Source of the DNA: Candidatus Latescibacterota bacterium
GTDB taxonomy: Bacteria > Latescibacterota > CBDEFO01
Reading direction: 5' to 3'
Length of the DNA: 64,000 bases
Assembly (NCBI GenBank): GCA_965248755.1
Contig: OZ252149.1
Coordinates: 3,456,001 to 3,520,000 of the forward strand
Part shown: piece after piece, positions 1 to 11,347 of the stretch
Numbering within the stretch: position 1 is the first letter of the stretch
Layout of the letters: each line of letters opens with the position of its first letter
Notes under the pieces: generated by a model
Databases searched by the model: none
The model's input: only the letters and a program-made list of their open reading frames with translations
Told to the model about the DNA's origin: nothing
Position numbers and translations under genes: made by a program

Positions 1-995
1 GCACGGCAGTCCGAAATACTGTCAGAGATCAAGCAAATGTCTTAGCCTCGGCCTTCAATCAATCGGACAAGCAGCTAAGAGAACTCCAGGAAAGCTTCAA
101 CAACGACCTGGAGCTTAAAGTCGGTCAGATAAATTCCATCTTAAAGCAGATAGCCAACCTCAACAACCAGATTGCCTCTGTAAAAGGAGAAGCGTCTAAC
201 GACTTCCTGGATAAAAGAGATCTCCTTGTAGACCAGTTCAATGAACTTGCCGAAGTAACCATCTTTGAGGAGGAAAATGGCATCATTACGGTTTCCATAA
301 AAGGCATAACTCTAATCTCAGGTGAGCAGGTGTTTGAACTGGAGACCAAGCCCTTTTTGTCGGGCAGCTCTAGCGTTCTCAAAGTAATCCGTAAAGATGA
401 AGGGGACGATGTGGAGATAACGGAAGGGAAGATTGCGGGACTCCTGGAGATGAGAGATGAGATAGTCCCGAAATACAGGGGCTTTCTAGATCAATTAGCC
501 TCTGCTCTTATTGAGGAGGTAAACACCATCCATCAAAGCGGCTTTGGACTCAGCGGTTCATCCGGGGTTATTCCTTCGAACAATAAATTTTTCTCCGGCA
601 CAGGAGCCTCCGACATCACGCTTGATCCGGATATAGTGGAGAACACCAATAACATGGCCGCATCATCGGACGGCTCACCGGGCGACAACGGTGTCGCCTT
701 GGCAATAGCCCAACTGTCCAGAGAGCTGATCCTGGATAACAACACAGAGACAATAGGGGATTTCTACAACTCCGTAATCGGAACCTTGGGAATCGAGGTC
801 CAGGAGATAAACAACCTTGCTGAAAACCAGGAACTCCTCATCACAAGGCTTGAAAACATCAGACAGTCGATATCAGGAGTATCGCTGGACGAAGAATTGA
901 CGAATCTGATCGAATTCCAGCACGCATACCAGGCAGCCGCAAGGCTTATAACACTGGCTCGTGACATGATGGATACTGTTCTGCAAATGGTCTAA
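1..995 (+). CDS. flgK: Flagellar hook-associated protein FlgK (5'-truncated by window edge)
   Basis: Frame from nt 3 reads TAVRNTVRDQANVLASAFNQ...INSILKQIANLNNQI and is in frame with the 330 ORF; C-terminus SISGVSLDEELTNLIEFQHAYQAAARLI is the typical FlgK end; flgL follows. Confidence 0.95.
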   Translation, partial: TAVRNTVRDQANVLASAFNQSDKQLRELQESFNNDLELKVGQINSILKQIANLNNQIASVKGEASNDFLDKRDLLVDQFNELAEVTIFEEENGIITVSIKGITLISGEQVFELETKPFLSGSSSVLKVIRKDEGDDVEITEGKIAGLLEMRDEIVPKYRGFLDQLASALIEEVNTIHQSGFGLSGSSGVIPSNNKFFSGTGASDITLDPDIVENTNNMAASSDGSPGDNGVALAIAQLSRELILDNNTETIGDFYNSVIGTLGIEVQEINNLAENQELLITRLENIRQSISGVSLDEELTNLIEFQHAYQAAARLITLARDMMDTVLQMV

Positions 996-1017
996 CTCAT
1001 AGCGAAAGATTAGAAAA

Positions 1018-2145
1018 ATGCGTATCACAAATGACGTACTAAAATCCACGATTCTTAGGAATGTGGACCTGAGCAGAAAAAGAATGATGGAAAGCCAGAC
1101 CCAGATAGCTACTTCTAAGAAGATAAACAAGCCCTCAGATGATCCCATCGGAATCGCAAAGGCGCTGGCTTTAAGGACCTCTTTAGATGATATTGAACAG
1201 TTCAGAAAGAATCTTACCGACGGAGTCAATTTTCTGACCGCTACCGAGTCCGCCCTCACCGCTATAAATGATATGCTGGGTGAACTCAACTCCCTGACGA
1301 TCAGAGGTGCGGACGACTCCCTGGGGGAAAAGGGCCGCAGATCGCTGGCGTCCCAGGTGGATAATTTTATAGATCAGTTAGTCACAGTTTCTAATACCCG
1401 ATTCAAAGGCAGTTCCATATTCGGCGGGACACAGACAGATACGCCCCCCTACACGGCGTCTAAAGAGATCACTGATGAAACCTTCACTGCTTCTTTGGAT
1501 ACTCCAGTCCTCCTTGCCCACCCGAGAATTGATGAAGACCCTCAAGACCCTGTCGTGGTTACTGATTCTACAGGTACTGTCACCTTCATACCGGAAGTTG
1601 ACTACACGATAGACTACGAAAATGGCACTATAACGGCTCTTTCCAGCGGGGCACTGACAAACGGGGTGGAGTACAAAATCAGCTATCGCACAGTTCGAAC
1701 GAGCGCCGTCATCGAAAATCCTGAGGACATAACGGGAAGTGTAAACCGAGAAATAGAAGAAGGGGTCGTGGTGCCCGTCAACGTATCCGGAAGAGAGGTA
1801 TTCTCGAAAGATGTGGACATCTTCGGATCTTTAATCCAACTGCGAGATGCTTTAGAGAGAGGTGACACAGCGACTATAAGTAGTTCTATAGACAAGATAG
1901 ACTCCAGCCTGGATCAGGTATTAGGAGTGCTTGGAGACGTGGGTGCCAGAATCAACAGGCTGAACTTTACAGACCAGCGGCTCGAAGACGAAATTCTCCG
2001 TACAAGCTTCACGTTATCTAAGATCGAAGACACTAACATAGCCGAAGCCATACTCAACTTCGAGACTGAGAAGAGCGCTCTTGAAGCAGCGTTGGCCGCA
2101 GGGGCCAGGATAATACAGCCGAGCCTTATAAACTTTCTCAGGTAA
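1018..2145 (+). CDS. flgL: Flagellar hook-associated protein FlgL
   Basis: MRIT start, KKINKPSDDP, C-terminal QPSLINFLR; position after flgK. Confidence 0.95.
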   Translation: MRITNDVLKSTILRNVDLSRKRMMESQTQIATSKKINKPSDDPIGIAKALALRTSLDDIEQFRKNLTDGVNFLTATESALTAINDMLGELNSLTIRGADDSLGEKGRRSLASQVDNFIDQLVTVSNTRFKGSSIFGGTQTDTPPYTASKEITDETFTASLDTPVLLAHPRIDEDPQDPVVVTDSTGTVTFIPEVDYTIDYENGTITALSSGALTNGVEYKISYRTVRTSAVIENPEDITGSVNREIEEGVVVPVNVSGREVFSKDVDIFGSLIQLRDALERGDTATISSSIDKIDSSLDQVLGVLGDVGARINRLNFTDQRLEDEILRTSFTLSKIEDTNIAEAILNFETEKSALEAALAAGARIIQPSLINFLR

Positions 2146-2173
2146 AATAGTAATCACAAAGGCGGATTAAGCT

Positions 2174-2677
2174 ATGAGCAAAGGAAACAAGATTTCCCTT
2201 TCCACTTTACAGTTTGGAGAGATTTCCTTCGATAAGGACATAATAATCCACTTCCCCTCGGGGATTGTAGGGTTTGAGGATATGAAAAGGCACATCATCA
2301 TAGACGCGGAGGACTGCAAGCCGTTCAAGTGGCTCCTTTCGGTGGATGATCCCGACGTGGGTTTTGCCATCATTGACGCTTCCTATCTGTACCCGAAGTA
2401 TCAGCTAAATCTCGCTCCAGAGGATGCGCAGGGATGGCTCAAGGACTCCAGAGTAGAGGACCTTGCCAGTTATCTTGTGGTAACTTTGAGAGAGAACATA
2501 GAAGATGCTACGGTTAATCTGAAAGCTCCGGTCATTATAGATGTAGAAAGAGGAGTGGGAGGTCAGATAATCTTGACATCGGAGGATTATCCCATAGACT
2601 ACCCTATATTCAGGGAGGAAAACGTAGTATACCAGGAGGGTGATATGTATGCTGGTTCTGACCAGGAAAATAGGTGA
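2174..2677 (+). CDS. fliW: Flagellar assembly factor FliW
   Basis: [30 protein letters not shown] motifs; adjacent to csrA. Confidence 0.92.
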   Translation: MSKGNKISLSTLQFGEISFDKDIIIHFPSGIVGFEDMKRHIIIDAEDCKPFKWLLSVDDPDVGFAIIDASYLYPKYQLNLAPEDAQGWLKDSRVEDLASYLVVTLRENIEDATVNLKAPVIIDVERGVGGQIILTSEDYPIDYPIFREENVVYQEGDMYAGSDQENR

Positions 2678-2933
2678 GTCCATTATGATTGGCCATAACG
2701 TAAAGGTGATGGTCGTAAACTCTGAGGGTGGACAGGTGCGCTTGGGGATAGAGGCCCCTCCAGAAGTCGTTGTGCATCGTGAGGAGATATACAGAATGAT
2801 TCAAAAGGAAAATGTGATGGCATCAGCCCCTAAGACAGACGAGATAAAAAAGATCGCTCAGGCTCTAAGAGATAAAAAGGGCTCAACCCAAGACCGGGAG
2901 AACAGCTATGTCAAGAAAGTCGTCAGAAAATAG
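2649..2933 (+). CDS. csrA: Carbon storage regulator CsrA
   Basis: [15 protein letters not shown]...[22 protein letters not shown] at 2649 after GGAGG. Confidence 0.96.
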   Translation: MLVLTRKIGESIMIGHNVKVMVVNSEGGQVRLGIEAPPEVVVHREEIYRMIQKENVMASAPKTDEIKKIAQALRDKKGSTQDRENSYVKKVVRK

Positions 2934-3457
2934 AGATCAATCCAAAGACCAAATAGGTGGTGTGACCACTCCTGATAGATTCGAGATTCTCAAGGAAGAA
3001 GTTGAAAAGGCCCCCCAATCGCTTGAGACAAACAGGAACCTCGCCAACTACTTGATGGAAAGCAGCAGAGAGGACGAGGCAGAGCAGTACCTGGAGGTGA
3101 TGCTAAAGTTGGACCCCGGTTGTGCCGAGGCGCACAACGCCCTCGGGATGATATGCTCCAACAGGGACCAGGTAGAGAGTGCTGAACGTCATTTTATGAA
3201 GGCCTTAATGTTCGATTTCGGACTTACCGAAGCCCACTTCAATTTAGCGTCGTTCTATTACGGTCAAGGCAAGTACAAAGAGGCTCTTTCCTACTATAAA
3301 GAAGTTATCACAGCGGATCCTAACGACTACAGGACGTACTGCTTTATGGGAGAATGCGCCCTAAGGTGCAACATGGAAAGCGAGGCCGAAGCTTTCTTTT
3401 TGGAAGCTGTCATACCGCTCCCCTTGACAGAGCGACAAATATTTCGCAAATTGGGGT

Positions 3458-3787
3458 TTGAGAAGGGAGGTCAAGGTGTCGAGCCCCGAAGTGAAAGATG
3501 GTAAGCGCTGGACGGCGACCCGTAAGGGAGAGATTGTGTTGGCTCTTTTGAGAGGAGCAGATCTATCTGAGGTGTGTCGTAAGAATGGAATTAGCCAGTC
3601 GCAGGCGTATGCTTGGCGTGATAGTTTCTTAGAAGGGGGCCAGGAGAGTCTGAAGTCTCGGCGTGGTCGCAAGGATCCGAAGGAGCGAGAGGTTAGCCGG
3701 TTGGAGCGCAAGGTAGGGCAGTTGACGCTCCAGTTGGAGATACTCGAAGAGGTAGCCCGTCTAAAAAAAACGAAGCGGTTGCCTTGA
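3458..3787 (+). CDS. IS3-family transposase OrfA (HTH)
   Basis: HTH-like LSEVCRKNGISQSQAYAWR; A8 run at 3763-3770 allows a -1 shift into orfB. Confidence 0.9.
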   Translation: MRREVKVSSPEVKDGKRWTATRKGEIVLALLRGADLSEVCRKNGISQSQAYAWRDSFLEGGQESLKSRRGRKDPKEREVSRLERKVGQLTLQLEILEEVARLKKTKRLP

Positions 3788-4647
3788 GTGGGCGGTTTTT
3801 GGGTCGAGGCTATTCCCGCAAGGTGGTAGCTTTGGCTTTGGGTTTGCATCGTTCGACTCTGTATAGGTTTAGGGATAGAGGTGTCAGTTCTTCTGTTAAA
3901 GAGCCTGTGATAGATGAGGAGCTTGCTTTTCGTATTCGAGGGATACTGGACCAAGAAGAGGCATTTGGTCACAGGCGGGTTTGGGCGCATCTTCGTTTCA
4001 AGGAAGGGGAATGTGTCAACGTTAAGAAGGTTCATAGGATAATGAAGCTTAAGGGGTGGCAGTGTAAGCTGTGGAATCGTCCCGGGAGAAAGGGGCCACA
4101 GGTTGCCCAGAAGCGTTCTGTGGTGGATAGTCCCGACAGTTTGTGGTCGAGTGACTTGACAAAGATTTACTGTGGAAAAGATGGTTGGTGTCCTCTTATT
4201 GCGGTGGTGGACAACGGAAGCCGGGAGGTTCCTGGGTATCGTTTTAGTCGAAAAGGGAGGGCACTGGAGGCCACAGATGCCCTGGATCGGGCCGTGATCT
4301 CTCGATACACTTCCAAGGAGGCTGTCCCCCAGGGTCTCACTTTGCGCTCTGACAATGGTTCCATCTTTTTGGCTCGGGCCTATTTGGCCAGTACCGAATA
4401 TTGGGGAATTCGTCAGGAATACATACCAAGTGGTAAACCCGATTGGAACGGTGTTGTAGAGCGTTTTTTCAGGACCCTCAAGCAAGAGTGTGTTTGGCTT
4501 CACAAGTTTGAATCCTTTGAACAGGCTGAGAAGATCATATCTCAGTGGATCGATAATTACAACAAGAACAGGCTTCATTCATCCCTGGGATATAAGACCC
4601 CAAAAGAGTGGAGAAAACAATTTTATCTACTACCCCAGGTTGCTTAA
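3784..4647 (+). CDS. IS3-family transposase OrfB (rve DDE)
   Basis: WSSDLT, RSDNGS, NGVVERFFRTLKQE, YNKNRLHSSLGYKTP. Confidence 0.95.
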   Translation: MSGRFLGRGYSRKVVALALGLHRSTLYRFRDRGVSSSVKEPVIDEELAFRIRGILDQEEAFGHRRVWAHLRFKEGECVNVKKVHRIMKLKGWQCKLWNRPGRKGPQVAQKRSVVDSPDSLWSSDLTKIYCGKDGWCPLIAVVDNGSREVPGYRFSRKGRALEATDALDRAVISRYTSKEAVPQGLTLRSDNGSIFLARAYLASTEYWGIRQEYIPSGKPDWNGVVERFFRTLKQECVWLHKFESFEQAEKIISQWIDNYNKNRLHSSLGYKTPKEWRKQFYLLPQVA

Positions 4648-7600
4648 TTGGTGTCGCTTTCCTGGGAAGCAGTACACTGTTAGCCTCAAGCCCGACTTTG
4701 TGGAAGCCGCTCTGTTACTATCGGACATGCTTTTGGAGCAAAAGCGATTGCCTGAGGTGCAGGAACGGCTTGCGGAACTTGTGAAGTTCTATCCTGATAT
4801 GGCGGAAGTTCAGCTTGCGCTCGGACTCGTTCTGAAAGAACAAGAAAAGTATGAAGAGGCTCTTAGTCACTTGAGAGAGGCCGTGCTTTGTGACTCAGAC
4901 GATCCCGACGTCTACAACGCTTTGGGAGAATGCTGTGTCAAGATCCAGGCCTACGACCAAGCTGAAAGCTTCTACGCCCAGGCTTTAAGGCTCCGTCCCG
5001 ATTTCGACCTTGCCATGGCTAACCTGGGAGAACTCTACTATGACCGGAGCGACTTCCATAGTGCCCTTTTGGTCTTTGAACAGCTCAAGATACTTTCTCC
5101 AGACGACCCCGAGATCGCCGCTTTGATCAAAGAATGTCTCTCAAAAAAAGGAGCCGAAATACTCATAGTGCAGGAAGAGGGCATAGGAAATATGGTCATG
5201 TTGACCCCTGCCATCAGAGCCATTAAGGAGAACCTCCCCAACTGCAACGTAACCGTGCTCGGAAAATATCCATCCTTGGAGGTAATCGAGGGCTGGGAGC
5301 TCGTTGACAAAACCATTACAGAGTTTGACGACAGAGTATATGACTACGTCTTTTTCACTATATGGTCTCTCAATACCAAGAGACAGTTCGGGGATGCCAT
5401 AACTTCAAAGTGCCGAAACATAGTGGAAATAAACTACAATGACCCTTCCACTCACGAGGTGGGCTATCACCTTGAGATATCCAGGCATTTAGGCTATCAC
5501 ACAGAGAATCCCTCCACATACTGTGCCATCGAGGATGTGGAGTTGGAGTTGCCCGACGATGCCACCGTCGTGGGGATATGCGACACCACGCGTTTGGGAC
5601 CCTGGGAGAGAAAGAGATGGCCCTATTATAAAGACCTCGCCCGGATGTTAGTGGACGACGGATACGCGGTCGTACTGATCGGTGGTCCTCAAGAAGCTGA
5701 GAGATTCAAGAAAGAAGAGTGGCCCGAAGAAGTCATAAACTGCCTCGGTAAATATAGGGTGGCCCAGACTGCGGGAATACTAAACAAATGCGACATCGTA
5801 ATAGCCAATGACAGCGGCCCTGCCCATATAGCCGCTGCCCTCGGCACGAAGACCTATACGCTCTTTGGACCCACCAGAGTGACCAAGAACCAGCCGATAG
5901 GTCCTCAGGTTCAGGTTCTAACCAAAAATCTCCCGTGCAGCCCCTGTCAGTACACGACCGGATGGGACGAATGTTCCGACTGGCAGTGCATGAGTCAAAT
6001 CAGCCCGCAAGAGGTCATGCAAGCCATCAAGGATGGAAGATCAGCTTTTCCTTCTGAGGTCTTTGATTCCAGCGCTGCAGTGGATACTCCATTTGAAGAA
6101 GCTGCACCTGAGCATATGTCTGTTGCGGACCCTGAACCGGTCGAAAGTAGACAGCAAACAGTAAACAGTAGACAGGGCACTTCCTCCCCTCCCTCCGGCG
6201 GATTGTCCCTTATCTCCAAGGACTACTCCGACTGCCGCGTAGTCCGGGAGGATAACATCACGTACGTAGAGAGAGACGGTTTTCGAGAGCAGCTTAAGGT
6301 TCACCTTGTCGGAGCCAGATGGGCTAACTTCCCCTGGGGAATGGAAAATGAGGTCTTCCGCTCGTTTGAGAAGATGGGATGCGAGGTCTTCGACACCGAC
6401 TACAGGCTCCAGGCGGATAACCTGGACGAGCTGTTCTTAAGAGAGGCGCATCTTACGCTTGTATTCAAAGGCAGTGGCATCCAGCCTGAACTTATAGAGG
6501 AACTTAAATGTCCCTCAATACTATGGTATCAGGACGATATATTCACCACCGGCCATGGCAGGAGGGATATCGCCTACTCGGGTTCTGCATACGACAGGGT
6601 CTATACCTTTGACAAGAGCGCGATAGAGGAATACAAAAATTACGGCATTAAAGATGTAAGGTGGCTTCCGCTTTGTATGAGTCCGGCTGTGCATAAGAAG
6701 ATGTACATACCGAAAGTCCACGACGTCTCCTTCGTCGGGAATATATATCCCAACAGGGAAAGATTGATATCGCGGCTCAGGGAGAGGTTCGACGTCTTCG
6801 TAACGAAGGCCTATATGGACGAGATGGTCAAGGTTTTCAACGAATCCAAGATCGTCCTGAACCTCGGCATAGGCAACACTGGAATACAGTCCAGAGTCTT
6901 TGAAGCCCTCGGCTGTGGAAGTTTCCTTTTGACCAACGAAATACAGCAAGACGCCAGGCTCTTCAAGGATAGAAAACACCTTGTCTATTTCAACGAGTCG
7001 GACATTGAAGAAGCCGTAGCGTACTACCTAGAAAACGAAGAGGAGCGTGAGCAGATAGCGCTGCATGGTTACCTGGAGGCGAACCGCGCCCATACCTACG
7101 ACCACAGGGTCGAGGCTGTCTTGAAAGACCTCTTCCCACTGATTCCAGACAGAAGCAGTCGGGGCCAAGATAGCCAAGAGGATCGGGACAAGAAAAGCTC
7201 GATTCCAATCATTAGCCCCTCAGAGGAGGAATTGACTCCTAAGAGGCGTCTCTTAGTCTTCTGGCACGGAATCGGAGACAACATAATGGCCACTCCTTCC
7301 CTGCGCGCCCTCAAGGAAAAATATCCCGATGATTCCCTGGGTTTTATGTATCTAAAGAGGATAGACAAAGACGGTCTATTCGACGAGAATCCCTACATAG
7401 ACGCCACGTATACGTGCAGCGACGCTTGGGACGATTACGCCGATTACGAAACCGGAGTCAAGGCTATTTTGGAGGAGGCCAGGCAAGTCGCAGAGAAAGA
7501 GGGCTACGACGAGATTTTGCCTGTGACCCTTCGCTCTTGCTCTCTGGAAAATCACAGGATTTATCGTATAGCGCACGAACTCGGTGTTGAGCTATCGAAC

Positions 7601-10177
7601 TGGGACACGGAATTTCCGATCCCCCAAGAGGAAAAAGAGAGAGCTGACGCCATCTTCAAGGCCAGGGGTATAGACGACGACGACTTCGTGGTTGCCATCC
7701 ACAGGAGAGGTGCAAATATCCATAAATATTGGGATGTGGAAGAGGCTGCAAGGTTCGTGGATTACATGGTGGAAAACTACAACGCCAAGTTTATCGCCTT
7801 CGAGACTCACACCGATCTGGACAGGGAGGAAGCGCGGCAGTTGGAAGGCGAAAATATCTTCAGCACATATCGCCTGCCCGATATGAATCTGAAGCTCTCG
7901 GCGGCTTTCATTGACAAATGTAACCTCTTTGTGGGCATAGACTCAGGTCCCATGTGGATGGCCACTACCACAAAGACCCCGATAATTTCCCTTTTCACTA
8001 TGACGTGGATGCACCAGAGTGCGCCTATGAGTAAGGACAGCTACATAGTCTGCTCCGACAGATCCAAAGAGATGGCGACGGAGAAGTTCAAGGCGGAACA
8101 TAAAGACAGGATCGTCTATTCCTCAAAAGATGGCACGAGTATAGACACAGAGGCAGTCATCAGTTGCCTGGAGAAACTTGAAATTGAGGGTCTCATCAAC
8201 TTACCAGATGGACACTCTGGTGGCAATGGAAGTGTTCATGACTCGATCTCCAAATACTCGGCAAATTCTACGGTTGATGCCGGCGGAGAAAGAGTTCCAC
8301 CTGCACCGCCCGCACCACCTGTAGTGGGATTGCCACCTTCCAGCGATACTTTTCGGGAGCCCCAGCCAACAAAGGTGGATGTCGTCGAGCCATCTGTAGG
8401 CAAGCCAAGTCTCGTCGGGGTGGGACTGCCCCTCGTTGGAGAAAAGAATGAGTCACCTGCCAATTTTAGTCTCCTTGAGAAAGCCCAAAAGGGAGAGGCG
8501 ATAGTCCTTCCGGACAAGTACTGCAGGCCCGGAAGCTATTGGGCGGCTTTCCTTACGCTTTACTGCACCGCCAAGTGCACGTACTGCATCCAGCATCTGG
8601 AGTTTGACAGCTTTCAGAAGGCCCAGAAGGTCAAGATGCTCTCAGGCGAGCAGTGGGTGACGATCCTCAACAGCATAAAGCACGACGACGGACGTCCCCT
8701 TGCGGTGATAGGCGGCGAGGCTTCGATGCACCCTGATTTCCTTTACATCCTCAATAATCTGGAAGGATACTTCGTCACAGTCACGACCAATGTCTACTCC
8801 AAGGTCTTCGAGGACATAGACAGATTCGCAGAGGAGCTAAAGCCCAAGTCCACCATCAGGTTCAACACCTCCTTCCATCCAGACTACATCTCCATAGACG
8901 ATTTCTGTCATAGGGTCAAAAAGCTGCGTGAAAATAGGCTCTGGGTCGATCAGATAGCCATGGTAGATCACCCCGAAAGCAACTTTGCAGAATATCAAAA
9001 AGAGTTTCAAGACCGCGGAGTTCCCCTAAGGCCTCAGACGTTCTTGGGGAACTGGAAGGGCGTGCTTTATCCGAATCCCAACTCTAACATAACCAACGAT
9101 TTAAAGGAGACCGGTATTTCAGATTACAGACGATTGGAGGACGGATTTAGCAACAGGAAGAGATCGTCCGTTTTGTGTGCGACGGACCGGTTCTTAATCT
9201 CTCCGGATGGAGCGGTTTTCAACTGCCACTACAGGCTCTACAGCCGCCACGACCCTGTCGGAAGTGTCTTAGAAGGATTCGATCTCCCTTCAGACTACTT
9301 CATCTGCCATGACTACGGATTCTGTAATCTCTGCGACTTTTCACGCGTCAATTTCAAGCCCCTTGATCCATCAGCTAAGATCGACCCCGTCATTTATGTC
9401 GATGGTGAGGGCGGATGTCGCCTGTGCGGAGGAAAGTATTTGACGGTGGCCTACAAAGATCTCCTAATGTGCAACGACTGCGGTGTCCTCTTCAAGTCTG
9501 ATCTGCCTGACAAGGACGAACTTATGGAGAGCCTCTCCGGATTCCTCCTTTCTGCCTGCTTTGACGGGTCTAAAGGAAGCAGAAGGTTCAAAGAGGCCGA
9601 CTATCAGTTAGACCTGATTGAGAAATACACAAAGAAGGGCTACCTATTCGATATCGGATGCGCCTCAGGTTTCTTCATAAAGCGCGCCTTCGACAGAGGC
9701 TGGTCAACAAACGGAACGCTCTGTGGGAACGATATTTCAAAGGCGTCCGTCCAGTGGGCAAAGGAGAATTTCGAGATAGATATAGGGCACGGTTATTTCG
9801 AGGATATTGACCTTCCGCTCAAGCACTTCAACACTGTTGTCCTCTGGCACAGCTTAGAACATACCCTGAATCCGCTGAAGACTCTTCAAAAGTGCAACAG
9901 GATACTTGCAGACGGAGGCATAATCCTCATCAGCGTCCCGGAGAAGGCCGTAAAGGACGTGGCCCAGCACTACGAGCCAATGCACCTTTATGAGTTTAAC
10001 AGAGACAGCCTGGACAATCTGCTTTGTCGTACGGGCTTTGATAGGCTGGAACTTATCGAAAGGACCGACACCCACATTCCACAGATAGATGTGGTTTACA
10101 GGAAAGTAAAAAGTACAGAAGAAGTCACTATACAACATAGCGATAGATAAACTCACTTAACAAAGGAGTTTACTACA

Positions 10178-10873
10178 TTGAACACTCAAGAATGGGTCAA
10201 AAGACAGTCCAATTTTCACTTGGAAAGGCTCGACTGGCCCGAGTTCAAGGCGTCAGTAGACCACAACCAGAGACGCTTTGAGGTTCTCTGCAAATATGCC
10301 AAGCCAAGAATGAGAATGCTTGATGCCGGCTGTCATGCCGGGTGTGTAGCAGAGGAAATGCACAGAAGAGGGTTGGACGTTACGGCTGTTGACCTTCCTG
10401 ACGTTGTAGAGAGCATAGACAAGAAAGAAGGGATAACTTATTATGGTATAGACCTAAACGGCGGAAATGGTATTACCAGAAGGTTAGATGGGAAGGTGAT
10501 AGATCAGGGCGGATGGCCTTGCCGTGCAGTCGGCGTTGGAGGAGTAAGCAACGTCATTGTTCCAGAGCGGTACAATCTCATCTTTTCAGGAGAGACTATA
10601 GAGCACCTTTACAATGATTTCGACTTTTTGAAACGGTGCTATAATGGGCTTGTGGAAGGAGGGCTTTTGATTCTTAGCGCTCCCTTTTATTATCCCGATC
10701 AAGACTGGTCGATAAACGGCGGGATGCACATAAGGGTCTATCCAGCAAGGATGCTCGACGGACTGGTACAGCTTGCTGGATTTGAGATAATTGAGACAGA
10801 TAATGTACAGATACTTGACAATGCTGGGATTAAAAGGAATACCGGAAGAATAGTTGTGGGCAGGAAAGAGTAA
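10178..10873 (+). CDS. Class I SAM-dependent methyltransferase
   Basis: MLDAGCHAG, ETIEHL, GGLLILSAP; RBS AAGGAG upstream of a TTG start. Confidence 0.85.
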   Translation: MNTQEWVKRQSNFHLERLDWPEFKASVDHNQRRFEVLCKYAKPRMRMLDAGCHAGCVAEEMHRRGLDVTAVDLPDVVESIDKKEGITYYGIDLNGGNGITRRLDGKVIDQGGWPCRAVGVGGVSNVIVPERYNLIFSGETIEHLYNDFDFLKRCYNGLVEGGLLILSAPFYYPDQDWSINGGMHIRVYPARMLDGLVQLAGFEIIETDNVQILDNAGIKRNTGRIVVGRKE

Positions 10874-11127
10874 CTCTTTCTGCCTGGATGCTTTGCTTCA
10901 ACGCGCAGGATTTGAGAGACTGTAACTGATGCAGCTATTTCGCAAGCAGCGGTAGTCTAGAGGAAAAAGTCGCCAGGGCAGTACTCCTCCTCCCTGTCTA
11001 CTGTAAATCATAAGCGAGAAAAGATGGTCAATTCAAGAATATCCGACTTGCAAAGATATGAATCACTACATTGTATATCAATAACTTCCCCGCACTGGAG
11101 AGTAAGGGTACCTATCCATCCTGATAA

Positions 11128-11211
11128 GTTGTGGTGGACACTGGCTTATCTGATCAGACAGTCGAGATAGCCGAATCTTTCGGCGCAAGTGTCTACCATC
11201 CTTGGGAGTAG
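11128..11211 (+). pseudogene. Relic fragment of a GT2 glycosyltransferase
   Basis: Reads VVVDTGLSDQTVEIAESFGASVYHPWE*, matching IVVDTGSTDLTAQIAESHRAKVYHHSW of the gene at 20638. Confidence 0.7.
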
Positions 11212-11347
11212 GGGAAGGAACATACCTTATAGAGTCTGGCTTATAGATCTTTTCCCCACTATATTGGAGTTGGGACAAATCGACTTTGATAAAAAATGTT
11301 ATAAGAGGTAAAAACCTATTAGCTTGTAATAAGAGGAGAAGAAGCCA

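Larger units (their letters stand above)
3411..4676 (+). mobile_element. IS3-family insertion sequence, copy 1 (1266 bp, 4-bp target duplication CTGT)
   Basis: Ends CATACCGCTCCCC... and ...GGGAAGCAGTACA; CTGT at 3407-3410 and 4677-4680; orfA/orfB organisation. Confidence 0.96.
2908..10150 (+). pseudogene. IS-interrupted ~1990-aa multidomain glycosylation protein: TPR + GT9 + CgeB-like GT + GT9 + radical SAM + class I methyltransferase
   Basis: Removing the IS (3411-4676) and one CTGT copy joins 2908-3410 to 4681-10150 in frame (..FLEAV|SLKPDF..). Motifs: EEGIGNMVMLTP/NDSGPAHIAAALG; RVFEALGCGSFLLT; HGIGDNIMATP/GIDSGPMW; CTAKCTYC; DIGCASGFF, WHSLEH. Confidence 0.85.

Noticed and set aside
3361..4578. 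~400-aa ORFs antisense to each IS3 copy (also 14014-15204 and 19008-20207)
   Set aside because: Shadow frames of the transposase with no recognisable motifs; their ends vary with the flanking DNA
4490..4676. Start of the 1886-aa ORF
   Set aside because: It lies inside the IS; the native N-terminus is at 2908
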